In this document: one piece after another, positions 34,681 to 47,890 of the stretch
Layout of the letters: every line of letters starts with the position of its first letter
Numbering within the stretch: the stretch's first letter is position 1
From: Chlorokybus atmophyticus
Taxonomy: Eukaryota; Plantae; Mesostigma and Chlorokybus algae
Direction of reading: 5' to 3'
Length of the DNA: 64,000 nucleotides
NCBI GenBank assembly: GCA_009103225.1
Contig: RHPI01002069.1
Location: 2,318,846 to 2,382,845 of the forward strand
Notes under the pieces: model-generated
Databases searched by the model: none
The model's input: only the letters and a program-made list of their open reading frames with translations
What the model was told of the DNA's origin: nothing
Translations under genes and position numbers: made by a program

Positions 34681-35647
34681 ATGGCCGCTCCTGCCCAGGT
34701 GTGCTGCTGTGAGAGTTGTGCTGATGTAAAATACCTGTTATGTGTCAGTATGGACGTTTCAAACAATGCGGCAAACGTCATGAAAGGTAGTTGACTTGGA
34801 GTGGTTGGCATGTGAAGATATCTAAAGCAGTGTTGCAGTGTTGCAGTGCCCTCCTGCTTTGATTTCTTCTGGTTGGGTGGATTCAATGAAGCACTGAGTG
34901 ACTGAATAACCAACCGAGTGAACGAGCATTTAAGCAAAGTTATTGAGTGCCATGCTCTCCACAATCATGCACAAGGTGCAAATGCTTTTGAAGTGCTTAT
35001 TATTGCATTCATTGATGCGTTGGTGATACATCCACAGTAGTACCGCTTGTTGCTGGCAGTATTTTTGCTCTCAAGCAATTGGTGGGCTGTCAACATGAAT
35101 ACTGACGCTGCACGCAGCAACACTTTCGCTTCTTGTTGGTTTGTTGCTTTTTCCGATGCAATTGCTGACTGAACATATGTGTGCCCGCGCGCGTGCGCAA
35201 GTTTGCACGTGCCGGTGCGTGTACCTGTACGTGTACTTGTGGGTATGTGTGCGTCTGCGTGCGCCTATCTGCGTGTGCGTGTACCAACACATCTGTGTTC
35301 CAGGGCGGTATGGACGCTGCTCTTCTGCACGTCGCTCACGCTGTGGAGCGCGCCGTGGACGACGAGCTGGACCGCCTGAACGCCCTTGAGAGCAACGACG
35401 ACGAGCTCGAGATGATGCGACAGCGGAGGATGGCGCAGATGCGGGACGCAGCCAAACAGCGACAGCAATGGCTCGCACAGGTGTGGCCATATGGGCATGC
35501 TTCATGTGGCATTTTTTTTCACATACGCTGCATATTATTGGAGCAACGCGCGCGCGTGTGTGTGTGTGTGTGTGTGCGCGCGTGCGTGCGTACTTGGTTT
35601 TGTTTGCGTTGGTGTCGGTCCCTCTCTTCGCATGCATGCGTGTGTGC

Positions 35648-35678
<31 letters not shown>

Positions 35679-36763
35679 TGTGTCTGCGCGCGTGTGTACG
35701 TTACGTGCACTGTGCTGGTTGACAGTACAGAGTCTGATCAGCGTCTCTTATATGATGTTCTACGGTTGCGTTGCTGATGGATCACTGTGATCAACTCACC
35801 GTGGCGCACACAATAGGGTCACGGAGTGTACTCGGAAATCCCGGAAGAGAAACTATTCTTTGCTGAGGTCAAGAAGAGCGAGCGCGTGGTCTGCCACTTC
35901 TACAGGGAAAACTGGCCTTGTAAGGTACACACGCGCAGACTCACACACGTGCGCACCGTCATGCTGTGTGTTTTTGTCCTCATGTGCTTTGCTGCTTGAA
36001 GCAAATTATTCCATTGTAGCTGACTGTCATTGCGTGTCTCTGTATCTCACAGGTTATGGACAAACATCTAGCAGATTTGGCGCCGCTACACCCGGAAGCA
36101 CGGTTCATCAAGGTGTGGCAGTGCTCATATCATATGCTTATTGCATGTGTTCCACACTTGTGTGGTGAAGGTGCGCGCACGTGTGCGCTTACATGCGTGT
36201 GTGTAAGTGACGGTGTACAGCTGTGCAGATAAACGCAGAAAAGAGCCCGTACCTGTGCGAGAAGCTGAGGATATTCATGCTCCCAACCCTGGCGCTGATG
36301 AAGGTCAACAAAGTGGAGGATTACGTTGTCGGGTTTGATGAGCTGGGCGGCACAGACTCGTTCAGGTGACTGTTGTGTTCTTGTCGTATGCAACACAACA
36401 TTTGACGTCTGTGTGTTGGACAGCATTTGCTCTTGCTGGAGCAATGTTTTTGAGCCAAATTCTGGCTTGTTGCGCATGTCATTCTGGTTGTAACTATGTT
36501 GATGGTCGTGTGCGTGTTTCTAGATTGTGTAACATGCGTTTGTGGGCGCGCGTGTGAATGTTGTCTTCAATGATGCATTTATTTATTTTATCCATTGTTG
36601 CGTGTGCAGCACGGACATGTTGAGAGCGAGGATAGCACGCAGCGGAGTCATCAACTGGGACGGCAACGCGCCCGAAGCTGATGGCGGCAAGAGCAGATTG
36701 AAAGTGCAAAGTAAACGCAACGTGCGGCAATCTGCTAATGCCAGTGATTCGGATGAGGATTGA
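34681..36763 (+). CDS. TXNDC9: Phosducin-like thioredoxin-domain protein (TXNDC9/PLP3), 217 aa
   Basis: Exons 34681-34698 (MAAPAQ), 35304-35480, 35817-35924, 36053-36112, 36229-36365 and 36610-36763. Motifs ELEMMRQRRMAQMR, GHGVYSEI, VVCHFYRENWPCKVMDKHL, INAEKSPYL, LPTLAL, VVGFDELGGTDSF and acidic tail SDSDED. Confidence 0.93.
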
Positions 36764-39127
36764 CTCGTTGTTTGTACTCTAGTCGTAGCTAGGTATCTTA
36801 TGGATAGCTCCAATACTGTGATAACGGTCAAAACGATTGTTTCCCCCGTGCATGTTGGCCTTGTGCTTATGCGTGCAGGTGGCTTGTGCCGAGGTATGAG
36901 CATGGCACTGACTTGACGGAACATTGCCATGGCGATAAGGCTATGTGTGCATATCGCTTATTGCGTGGTCTTGAGTGCGACCTGTGCTCCAGAATTTGCA
37001 AACATTGCTTGGGAAGTAAATGCTTGATAATGCTCAGCGCCATCGACTACTTAGAACCACATGCGCAATGCGTACATATCCACACTTGTGTTACAACTGT
37101 AAGATGCGCAAGCATGCTTCAAATTCATTCAAAAGTGTCGAGTGCCAGTACAGTTATCCTCAGTACTCAATGTACCAAACGATGCGCGCACTTCTGTCAC
37201 AAACTTCGCTCCGCACTCTGCTACCCTTGCTGCATGCACACAGGAACACTCTGCTGCACTCCAGATAATCTTTTCGTAGGGACACCCTGCAACTGGCGTT
37301 TGCGTTGCTAGCACTGTGTGTACAGACAAACAACATTCCACACCGTTGCACATGGCTCCCTGCGTATGTTTCGCACAGAGTGTTGGTGATGCCGTTACCC
37401 CAGGGCCTGCACTGTGCTGCATGTATATACAGCGGCTTGTAGCCAGTCTCATTGTTTAACGGGCCGTGCCGCGCTTTTTCAGTGCGAGGGAGTGAGTGGC
37501 GCGGCACGTGTGGTGTCCGGGTGACAGTGACTGGCTCAGAAACTGTTTCCGCGCCACTATGAGTGGAGCGCCGCTACTCGTACGCCGTACGATTGCCAAA
37601 TCGACGGCTAGGCACGCGGACGAGCAGTCCCACATGATTTGGTGTTTCGTGTGCTGACTCAAATTTGAAACCCAATGCAACCTGGCCTGTGGCACACCTC
37701 AAATGAGATGTAGCCCTCTCGAAAAGGCGTCGGAAACCGCTGAGAAACTACTTTTGCCTGGTGGGTGAGTTTCCGGCGGCTTGATCGCTCAAGCTGCGCC
37801 AGTTTCTGCCCAGACCATGGCAATAACGATGATCGTCGATCGATAACATCAGGATGGATCCCACGCCGTTAGCAGTTCAACACGGTCAGCCTGCCAAGCA
37901 GCGTGATCAGTAATCATAAACTAGTTTAGCTCAGCCCGTCACAGGTGTGACGGAAGCTTTCAATGCAGCAGACGGCTGTGACTTTTGGGCCGGCTGGAAG
38001 TTTCCGCGCGTAGACTTGTTCCAAGTCTTTGAATACTTGGCGGGTAGCGAGACAGTGATAGCCCTCACGCAGGGCAGAGACAGTGGCTAGCAGAGAGGCG
38101 GCGGCGGCGGCGGCAGCGGCGGCGGCGGTGGTCATGGACGGAGAGGTGTAGGCGGACGTTTACCTTGACTAGCATCGTCGTGTGAGCCCTCCACCTCCCT
38201 TACAGAGCTCTGCATTCTGCACTGCAGGTAAGGTATGGGTTCTTCCCTCCCCACCGTGTGTGCTCAGCGTGCTGGTGCATGCTTGCATACATGGGTCAAG
38301 TGACATGCTTAGACAAATTGTGCTTGCAGTGTGCATATGTTTGCGGTCTGTCTCAAGGTCTAAGTGTGTGTACATGCTTGTGCGTAGGTGCTTGGTGTCA
38401 GCAGCTCCAGGTCAGACATGTGGATGGTTGCTGCTCTGTGGGCGTGTGTGTGTGTCAGTTTTTCTGTGCGTATGTACGTGCATAGGTGTGGTTGTGTCTG
38501 CACATAGGAGTGAGTGGGTTGGACGGTCATTGGTAAGCGCATGTGTGTTCATGTGTATATGTATGTTGGTGTTTTGCGTGTGTACTTGCAGTTCTATTTG
38601 CTTGTTTATCTGCCTGTTGGTTGTGGGCTTGTTGGTGTTGTGTATTGGTATTGTTTGCGCTCTGTGCGTGCTCTGTGTTGTGTGCTTATGAGTCGCTGCA
38701 TGTGCGCATACATATATTTCTCTGTGCCTGCAGGCGGGTCGGCCATAGAGTGACCTCACTCGCATTGCACCCATTGTTGGGTGCAAGTCCCGCGCATTGC
38801 TTTGCAGCTTGGGAGCGCATTCTTCTGACCAGCTTCCTTGCAAGTACCACACTGGGCGTCATCCTCCGGTACGCCTCTCTTGCTTGTGCATGCTTTGATT
38901 GCTTACACAGGTGTGTATAGCGTTGTGTTGATGTTGTGTTGCTATGTTGCTATGCATATGTCGTATAGATGATGTATTGATGTCGTCCGTATGTGTTTGC
39001 CGCTGCGCTCTTGTGTGTTCATGCCTGCCTAGTAGCACATTAGAGTCAAACTTGACAATAAAGTCATCTAAAGGGGTGGTGCCAGGATGGCCCGAGAAGT
39101 ACAGCGCATGCATGTTGCCAATGGACT

Positions 39128-39691
39128 CGATGTAACGCGGGGCTTGGCCGACTAAGCCATGGTAGCAAAAGTCGCTACCGTGAGAGGTTGCGTATTGCTT
39201 GTCAATGCTTGATAAGCTCTTCTTAGCATAATCCACAATAACCGGCATTACATTCAACCCGGGCTTAACTGCGATTTTATTTGCACATCTTGGTCCTTCC
39301 TGACCGGTAGAGCTTGCTTCCGTCCGGTCATGACCAGCCTTACCGGTCATGCCGCGTACTTTCCGCGGTGACTTGCCACGTTGCCGCGCGCAGGAGCGAC
39401 CCTCCGCGGCGATATGAGCGACTTAACTTCACAATTAGTTATGTAATTATAGCTAACTGCCTTGGATTGTTTCCGACGATTGCGAAAATCTACCCACTCG
39501 CACGCAATTATTTGCGCCCGGTTGGACTTGATTTCACGACCTTTAGTATTTAAGCTCCGATTATCAATGTAATGGGGGGCTTGGCCGACCAAGCTATAAT
39601 AGCAAAGTCGCTACCATGAGAGGTTGTGTCATGTTTATCAATGCTTCATAAGCTCACTTTTGCCTATTCCACATTAACCGGCATCACATGT
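39128..39691. repeat. Diverged direct repeat, two ~127-bp copies (39128-39255 and 39565-39691)
   Basis: Shared core GGCTTGGCCGAC.AAGC...AAAGTCGCTACC.TGAGAGGTTG...TCAATGCTT.ATAAGCTC...AACCGGCAT; many differences are C>T or G>A. Confidence 0.85.
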
Positions 39692-40899
39692 TAAAGGACT
39701 AGCATGCACATGTAGCTGATGAAAGCATGGATACACATTAACAGAGCTACCGCCACCAGAGCACACAAGTCACAATACATGTATCTATTGCAAGTTATCC
39801 GCTGGCTCTTATACCAGCCAGTTATACACGTGTCTACATTTGCAAGCACTACGTAAGCTATGCTCAGCCTTTTGCAACACTGTCTTTCTTACAAGATGCT
39901 TACCAACAAGCTCTCATGCGCTTTCTAAAGCTTAATCACACTGAGATACAAAGTATCTTCTAGGCACCTAGTATCAAGTCCGAATTTTGGCTGAGCGATG
40001 TCTTGCCAAGTCCGAAGTCCACGTGCTTCGCCTTACAAAGTCTTCTATTCTAGTGCGGAGGGGTTGATGCTGATCGTATGTAGGAATACTCTCAACAAGG
40101 CCACCGTAGTTGCAAGCAGGTGGGCTCTCGAGGACTGGGTTCTCACTCACGCAGATGCACGATGAGAGAGTGTATGCAGCCTAGAGTGTCTGTGCTCTAC
40201 CGGTGAACAACTCGCACATCATCTCACACACTGGTGCGCTATGTGCAAGCAAATGATGCTTACCCCCACTGTGAATATACAATCACTACTGCGATGAAGC
40301 AAGCAGCATTGGTGCTCACGCACTCACTTGAGCAAAAGCGGGTGAAATTGTGAGTCAACAAGCCGCTATCAAATGTAGCGCTATAACTACAGACCCTTGT
40401 GTGAGTGAAGATGGGTATATCTACTGCTAAGTGAGGTGAATGAATGTAGCAATACATTGATGCCACACCCGGATGGTAACTGTTCACACCCGTGCCCGCA
40501 ATGCGACCAAGATACACACACTGAGCAACAGTGCACACGCTGCAGACGCTGCACTTTCCCACAGGTATGAAGGCTTTTTGGCAACTGGGACGGCTACCGT
40601 GTGCGGTCGCACCCCTTCACTTCAAAACAAGTTGTCTTAAAGTCTCGCTTAACACAACACTCGCAGCATGCAATAGCAAACTTTACAACATAAGTTGCTA
40701 TCACACTTTCTCATGTCGATGCGCTCATACTCACTCACAGTTTCACTAAGTATACAAGTAAACAGACTGTTTGCTTATAATATTGTATGAACACATGTGA
40801 AGCATTGGTCTAGCAAGCTTAACCGGTTCAAGGCCATTCGGTGGCTGTTCACTACTGAACGGTCTAGTCTATATGGGCAAAAAGAGTATGTTCACGAGC

Positions 40900-43800
40900 A
40901 ACGTGGTGAACTCACAACGGATCAGCTAAGATCGAGGGACCTCCAGGTCGGAAGTTCCAAGGTCTTGGCTGGATCGCGAGGCTGAGTGGTCGTGACTTTT
41001 AATGTATGGCTAGGACGTCGCGGGTGGAGGGTAGAAACTCTAATGTATCAGCTACGCGGAGTACCTACGACTGTGCTGGCATTACTCAGTGGTGGTGAAG
41101 GACTGATGCCAGTAGTGCGGGAGAGTCGGACTGGTTAAAGGCAATTGGTATGCCGGTAGCCCGGGAGACAGGTTGGATGTAGGCATACGCGAGGGGAATG
41201 AGCTCCTGGACGGTAAGCATGACCGCACCCATGTGCTAGAGGTGCTCCCCTGCAAAGACCGCCCCCTGTGCTGTGAGCCACGGCAGGGAGCGGTGCTTCC
41301 CTGTAGCAGGAGCTCCCCAAACCATCTGCCAGACATGGCTCCATGAAAGATCTGGATGAAGTAGACGCCAGTACCTGGGTCCTTGGACAAGTGGAAGCCT
41401 CGGCCTGCAAAGAACCCGCTAGGCGAAAAGAGTAATCCCACAGGGAGGAGACCACCGCGTTGATGGAAGAGGCTGACTGGAAGCATGAGCCTGGATCATT
41501 GTGGAGCCTAGAGAGTGGGGCCCGCCCAACTATAATCCACCCCGCATGCCTGGTTGACATTGGAAGGTAAGCCAGTTTGGGGTGAAGGCAGCTGGAGGCT
41601 TAGCCCAACGAGCAGGAGGTGGTAAAACCCGCACACGGCGAAAAAATGCAGGATGAAAAGTGAAGCCCTCCTCCCCCAAGCATAGCACCAGACTCTGACC
41701 CTGTCAGTTCAAAGAGAATGCCATAACACCAGGAGCGAGTGCAGCTCGACACCAGAAGCACTGCCTGCATGCTGCCATCAGCCTCCACCGGGCCCACCAC
41801 TCCTTTGGGAGCTAGGGAGCTGCGACCCTGCCTCAAAAAGAGCACGCCGGGCTAAGGGGACAGCATCCCACAGCAAAGTGAGGCGCCGCTAAGTAGCTAC
41901 AGGGACCTAATAGCTAAGCTCATCTGCTGAATACGGTCGCAGCAAAATATTATCCCACAAGTCCCAGAGCCTTTAAAAAACCAGCTTTAGCCCACGGCTT
42001 GAGCAGGCGCCTGGAGGGACCCGAGCCCAAAACCCTGCCATCCACCGTCCGCAGCAGGGGGTTGAAGATTAGGTGCGGCACCACCTATACGTGGAGGGGA
42101 AGGTGAGCACAGGGGGGACCATTGCCTGCCAGGCCCGAAAAATAAGCTGCAAGTTTCGGGCCATGGTTGTGCACTTTCAGGCCAGAGGACAAAAGTGCAG
42201 CTGCAGGAGGCATCCACCTTGTGTCAGGATTTTGAGGGTCCGTCACCTAGGCCTCTAGCTGTCGAAAGTCAAGTGTTTTTCACGGTGCCCATGTGGGATC
42301 GAGCAACCTGGACGCCCACTTGGCAAGAAGAGCTTAAGTCCGCGATTCGGGATCCAAAATACGGAGCCCCTCGTCCGCATACGGCAAGCACGCCACCGCC
42401 CACATGACTCTGCCGCGAGCAGGGCCCTCAGAGTTCTTTTGTGTACACAAAAGACATGTGCGCCAGAAAAAGGTGCAATCCTTTCTAAGCTCGTGCAAGT
42501 CCTCTGCAACAGGCGCGGACATTGCTGCAACATACAAGAGACAAGACAGGATGGCATGGTTGGTCACCAATGCACGCCTCGTCAAGGAAAGCTAGTGCCC
42601 CGACCAAGTGTTGAAACGGCTTTGCACCTTGGCGAGGCCAGCTATTAACAACTGGGACTGTGGGATTGAGACCCCCATGAGGATTCCAAAAAGAGTAGCA
42701 GAGTCACCCCTCAAGAAGCCAATGCACCCCAATCAGGCGGAGAAAGCTTGGCTGTGCCTAGTAGAATCCCCACCGACTTGTTTGGACTGAGAGTAAAAAT
42801 GCCAAGCAGTATGTAGCCATCACCGAAGAGAAGGCTGCATGCGCGGCAGCAGTTCATTGCAACAGCACAACGGTGTCGTCTGCGAATGCATAATAATAAA
42901 TGTCCTCCCCCTCAACGGGCTGACCTAGTGCTAGAGGAAGAAGCAAACCCTTGCACTCCGGATGTGCCTTGAGCATGTAGCCTCAAAGCCTCTGTAGCTA
43001 ACACAATTAGAGCAGGAGCTACGAGGCAGCCTTGCCGAACACTACATTGGAGTGACACTATATTAAAGTGAGAACTCCCATGTGAGAAAGCCACTAAGGA
43101 GCACGGATCGGCCCTCCCCCATTGAGAGGTCTCAAACAACCACAGAAAGTACAAGCCAAATGTGCGCATTATTGCCTAAAAAAAAACAGTCAATCCTGTC
43201 AAATGCTTATTCAAAACATAGTTACAAAGTACGCAGTACGTGTACTAGTACGTGGTATGCAAAGTATGCGTATGTTTTCTTACTTTTTTCAAAATACGTA
43301 GGCCAGTACGTACTTCATATCGTATTCATGCGTATTATTGATGAATATCAATAACGTTTGATGCGATATGTGTGCTAACAAGTGATGGGCAACTCGTTGT
43401 ACATCACAATGAATTATATTACAGTGTTTGATCCACCAATGTTATGATGTGATCAAAGTCATTTCTAATGGCAATGCTTTACCTAACATGTTATTATGTA
43501 ATATCATAACACCTTTTTAAGATGCTTGATTACTTGCAGTGCTGCTAGGTGAGGCGGGTCGCACGGCGCTGCCGCGACCTACCCCGCCGCGTGACAGGTC
43601 GCGCGCGCGGCACGTCACCGAAGGCCGTTTGCTGCGCTATCTGCGGTCATTTACGCAATATGACCTATCTAGCCCAATACCGTACGACTTTACGTAGTTT
43701 TAACGTAATACCAACAACTTCTTGCTGTACGCGTACCATTACGTATCATTTTGCCAAAAGTCGCGTATTTTGTTACTATGATTCAAAATCCAACAATAGA

Positions 43801-45625
43801 AGAGCTGATGATTGCTATTAAGACTCCACATGATGGATGGCGTTAATGGCGGTAAGGATGTTTGTTCAGAATGTAGCGGTGCTTGACAAACCCTGTTTGC
43901 TCCGGTGCCAGAGCCTCAGGCAGAAGAGGAGAAAGACGAGCTCAAGGGCTTATGCAAAAACCTTGTAGAAAAGAGGAAGGAGGGTGGTGGGCCTCCAGCT
44001 GCGCAAGTCCTCAGGGCGCCCTTTTCGTGCAACAGGACAATCAACCCCTTCCGTTGAGACTCCCCCATGCAATCTGCCTGCAGAACAACTTGGCAATCAA
44101 GCGTGTAGTCCGCCCCAAGGATCGGCCACCTCTGCTGCCAAAAACAAGCAGTGAAGCCGTCGTCGCCGGCGCTCTTATGTAGAGACATAGCTTCGCGGCG
44201 TGCAGCTCCTCCTGCGTGACTACACAGTCGAGCTCTCCCGCCTGTTGTGCCAACAATATCTTAGGTTCGTGCTGAAGACATGAAGTGAGTGCAGCCTGCT
44301 TTGCCCCCCGGTCTGAAGGTGAGGAGGAGAAGAGAAACTGATAGTACTCCTTCACAGCATGAAGAAGATCATGCTGGGAGAAAAGGGGTGGAGCATGAGG
44401 GGTAAGGGAGTGGCTGAGAGCATGCAGTGGAGCAGCCTGCCTGTCCGCCCCGCCTTTCGCAAAGAAAGACGTGCTCATCCTCTCCCCTTTCAACCGCCAT
44501 CTGCTGCTAAAGCAGATGAAGCTATTTTCCAGAAAGCGCGCTTCCACCTGAGACAGCTGGTCTTTAAGACGTGCACATTCCTCAAGCTATTCTTGTGAGG
44601 CCGGCAACTAAACTGATGTTGTCTCCGCCGCAGCTACCATTTCACGAAGAGTCCTCTCGTCTCGCTGCCACTCAGCACGTCGTCCTTGCAGCATGTACCT
44701 TCGCAAGAGAAGCCAACTGACATAGTCCATCCTCAAACTAACTCACCACCTGAGCGCCTATTGGTTTTGAGCTCTGCTAATGACCCCACAGCTGCTCCGC
44801 GTCGTCACAGAAGAGAGGGTCTTTGAAAGAAAGGATCAAACTTCCAACAGCCCGAGCCTCTGAATATCGACGAGCTTGTAACAAGAGAGAGAGTAACTGA
44901 CAGGTGATTAGAGAGTATCTCATCCTGTCTGACGGTCACCTACCGAGCAAACTCCTCCACAGCAGTGCTGAGATAAAACCTGTCCAATCTGGCTGCACGT
45001 CAAGTAGCATCCACCCGCCAATTGCTCCACGTAAACACCTTAATCTCCGAGTGAAGAACCTTGTATGTAACCTCCATATCCCACCGTACGAGCAGATGCG
45101 CGAGAGAGCTAGCTGAGTAAACGTCATCAACACCAGGTTGTGACCTGTCTTGCTGTATGTCTGGTGCAAATTTCAAATCCCCCCCATCACGCATTAATCT
45201 GCTGCAGGGAGGAAGCGAGCTGATAATAGCCAGAGACACGCTCCCCCGCTATGTTGGGAGCATACACAGAGGCAAGCAACAGAATACCACCCTTCCACTT
45301 GATGCGTACCCAGCAGCATCGTGAGGCAACACACTCCCCCGTGTCCAACAAAAAAGGAGATAAACGCCGGGGAAGAAGAATAGCACACACCCCTCGTCTC
45401 TCAAATGACGGAGACCAAACCCCCGCACCTTTCTAGAAGCGTTGAAGCCAGGCTGATTCCGACGAGGAGTCCAGCTTGGTTTCATGAAGAAAGAGCACGG
45501 TGTTGTCTGCTCCCTCTCATGCGAAGGCGTCGCAGCAGGAGAGAGCGCTTGCTGAACCCAAGGTAGGTTGAGAGCCCCCCCAATCCGTGGATGTTCCAAG
45601 AACACATGTTGAGGCGGTCAAGCAT
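40900..45625 (-). pseudogene. LINE ORF2 (APE endonuclease and reverse transcriptase) with stops and frameshifts
   Basis: Motifs CSWNIHGL, LLASVYAPN, EYYQFLFS, KSAGDDGFTACFW, GLIVLLHEKG, PEQTGFVK.RYI, LLLDFE|*AFDRID, VRQGCLVAP, FADD (42886-42875), LSLTRRALVTN, VMWAVACLPYADEGL and WSHVWQMVWGAPATGK. Confidence 0.92.
43217..43780. mobile_element. hAT-like non-autonomous element (MITE), 564 bp, inserted in the LINE RT
   Basis: Perfect 8-bp TSD ATTCAAAA at 43209-43216 and 43781-43788. 18-bp TIRs CATAGTTACAAAGTACGC / CATAGTAACAAAATACGC (2 mismatches). TACG-rich subterminal regions. Confidence 0.9.
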
Positions 45626-46797
45626 GGCGATCCAGGGGGGAGGACTCCATTGACAGACCCAGCTCAGGCAACGGTACAGGCATGGAGTCACCCGCCAACC
45701 AGTCAAGAGCATCCAGCAAGGAGGTGTGTCTGCTTGTGCTGGCAGCGGGAGCAGCTGACGAGCATTACCTTGCAGGTAAAGGCGAGACTCCGCGGTGATG
45801 GGGCCTAGCAGAGCGCGCAAGCCTCCCGCCACCATGAAAAGTTTGCCAACATTCGTCCAGTGCACAGGGCTGCCGTTGATGCTGGCGAATGGAGCCTTAG
45901 AGGAGACAACCCACACCAAGCCCTGGTGTACACCTTGGTTCCGGAGATAGAGCGAGAGCAAGCTGCAGGCGGGCTCCCACTCCTCCCAGATAACGTTTGC
46001 TGGCAGGTGAAGGACCTCCGCGGCCAGAGCACACATCCGCTGCGCTGAGCATTGGTCCTACGTGCTTGGAGGAGCGAACGGGTATGGAGAGTGAGGCGGA
46101 CACCGCCCAACGCCAAGCCACCGTTCACCCTCATGGCAGCGCAGCACCAGCATGGCGGTCGTTGGTGAGACCTCCAAAGAGGTTGGTGACTTCACCGGGG
46201 AGAGAATTCGGGCCCTTGCAGGCAGCGGAGATGATGGCGACATTGGTGACACGGCACCTTCAACGCTGATATGCTGCTGCGCAGTGCTTGTGCTTGACAG
46301 ATGTTGGCTTGCCTGGTGCAACGCAGGCTCCAGGGCAGCACGCTTTGACGCAGCTTCCTGCTGCTGTTGCTGCTGGTGTTGATCCCCGCCACCAGCGTCA
46401 CCCTGTGCAGCCTCCAGCTGTGCCGAGGACGAATGAAACAGCCGCTTGCTGACTGTCGAGCGTGGTTTATCATCACGCGCCGCAGTTGGTGGGGTCCACG
46501 CCTGCTGCTGCGTCAGCTTCACAATCGTGGTGACCTCCGCTCGGCCAGCAGCGTCTTGCCGAGGAGAAGACAACGACGGGAGGGGCTGCTCGCTGACCTG
46601 CGGGTAGGGGCAAGGCAGCGTTGCAGATGTCGCTGCAGGCGAAGCAGAATGCGCGAGTTGGTTGCTCAACAACCTCGGCACCGCTAGCAGCCCCACGCTA
46701 CGGTGCTGCTGACGACTGATCACGTTGCGTGCTAATTTGCAGGCGAGGGAGAGACGGCGCAACAACTGGCAGGAAGCGCTCTATGGTTTGCTGCTGC
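45626..46797 (-). pseudogene. 3' part of LINE ORF1, left of the CACTA insertion
   Basis: Continues the reading frame from 58511 across the CACTA junction. It is low-complexity S/P/Q/A sequence and then runs, through one TAG, in frame into ORF2. Confidence 0.7.
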
Positions 46798-47890
46798 CAC
46801 TACAAAATATTAGCCCTTTTAAGACGTCTTATGTGCAGTGATTGTCATCTAATGTTCAGTTGGAAACGTCTGAACTAGCAGCATGCATGTAGTGTAAGTT
46901 GTTTACATCTTAAACAACTTCTTAACATCACACGCTTGCATCTTACATAACCTCAATGCAACAATGCTTCATGAGGTGTGAGTGTGACTGTAAGACTCTG
47001 CAGCTGAAATTCAGCTGCACGTACAGCTGAAAGTAAGTTGCATCTTGAAATCAAGACACATGCGTCCCAATGCGCACACACCTTACACATGGTGATAATC
47101 ACTGGCTGACTATCAGTTGCAATGGTTGTACTTTAGGCCCTCAAGTAGCGCGGTGCCGTGTGCTTGGCTATAGCAACATGGAATGCAACGCACTGGTTGT
47201 ATGCCTACCACTTCCGCAGATGCAACTGAGTGTGCAACAAGCTACTTTGGTTAAAGAATGTCGCATCGATGCACAGTCCAAGGCTAGCAGCACCAACGCT
47301 CTCTAGACTACCAGAACATGCTTAGCCTAAGCTCGGAGCCGACAAAGATTGCGATGCCGGGCCTGTCCAGAGCTGCAGGGACGGTGAGGGCTGGGGCTTT
47401 GAGGGCGGAAGGGGCTGGGCATAAAACGTGAGGGCTGCAGGGGCTGGGGCGGAGGGCATGCAAGAGCTTGGGTGCTGCGCGTCGTGGGGAGCGGCGCAGC
47501 AGGGCAGGAACTGGAGGGGCGGTGAGAGCTGGAGGGTGGAAGGTAGGAGGCTGAATCATGCAGCACAGTGCAGACCGCTGGATGGCGGAGGGGGCGTTAG
47601 GGGCTGAGAGAAGCCATGCAATAAAGCGGACCCAACATGCTGGCCTGCGGCTACTGGCTGGAACCTCTGCACACGCATGCAGGGAATGAAAAAAACGGTG
47701 CTCTCACTGCGCTGGATGTCGCGTCACCCACTCATCGTCCTCCTGTAGCTCTGCAACAATTGCATGTTAGCGTGCGCTATGCCTTGGCAGTTGTTGACAT
47801 GACGTCACTGTACATGCAAATGCTCAGCATTAATATTGCACTCACCTATATCACTGGGTGCCTCCTCCAGGTCTGCACATATCGAATTAG

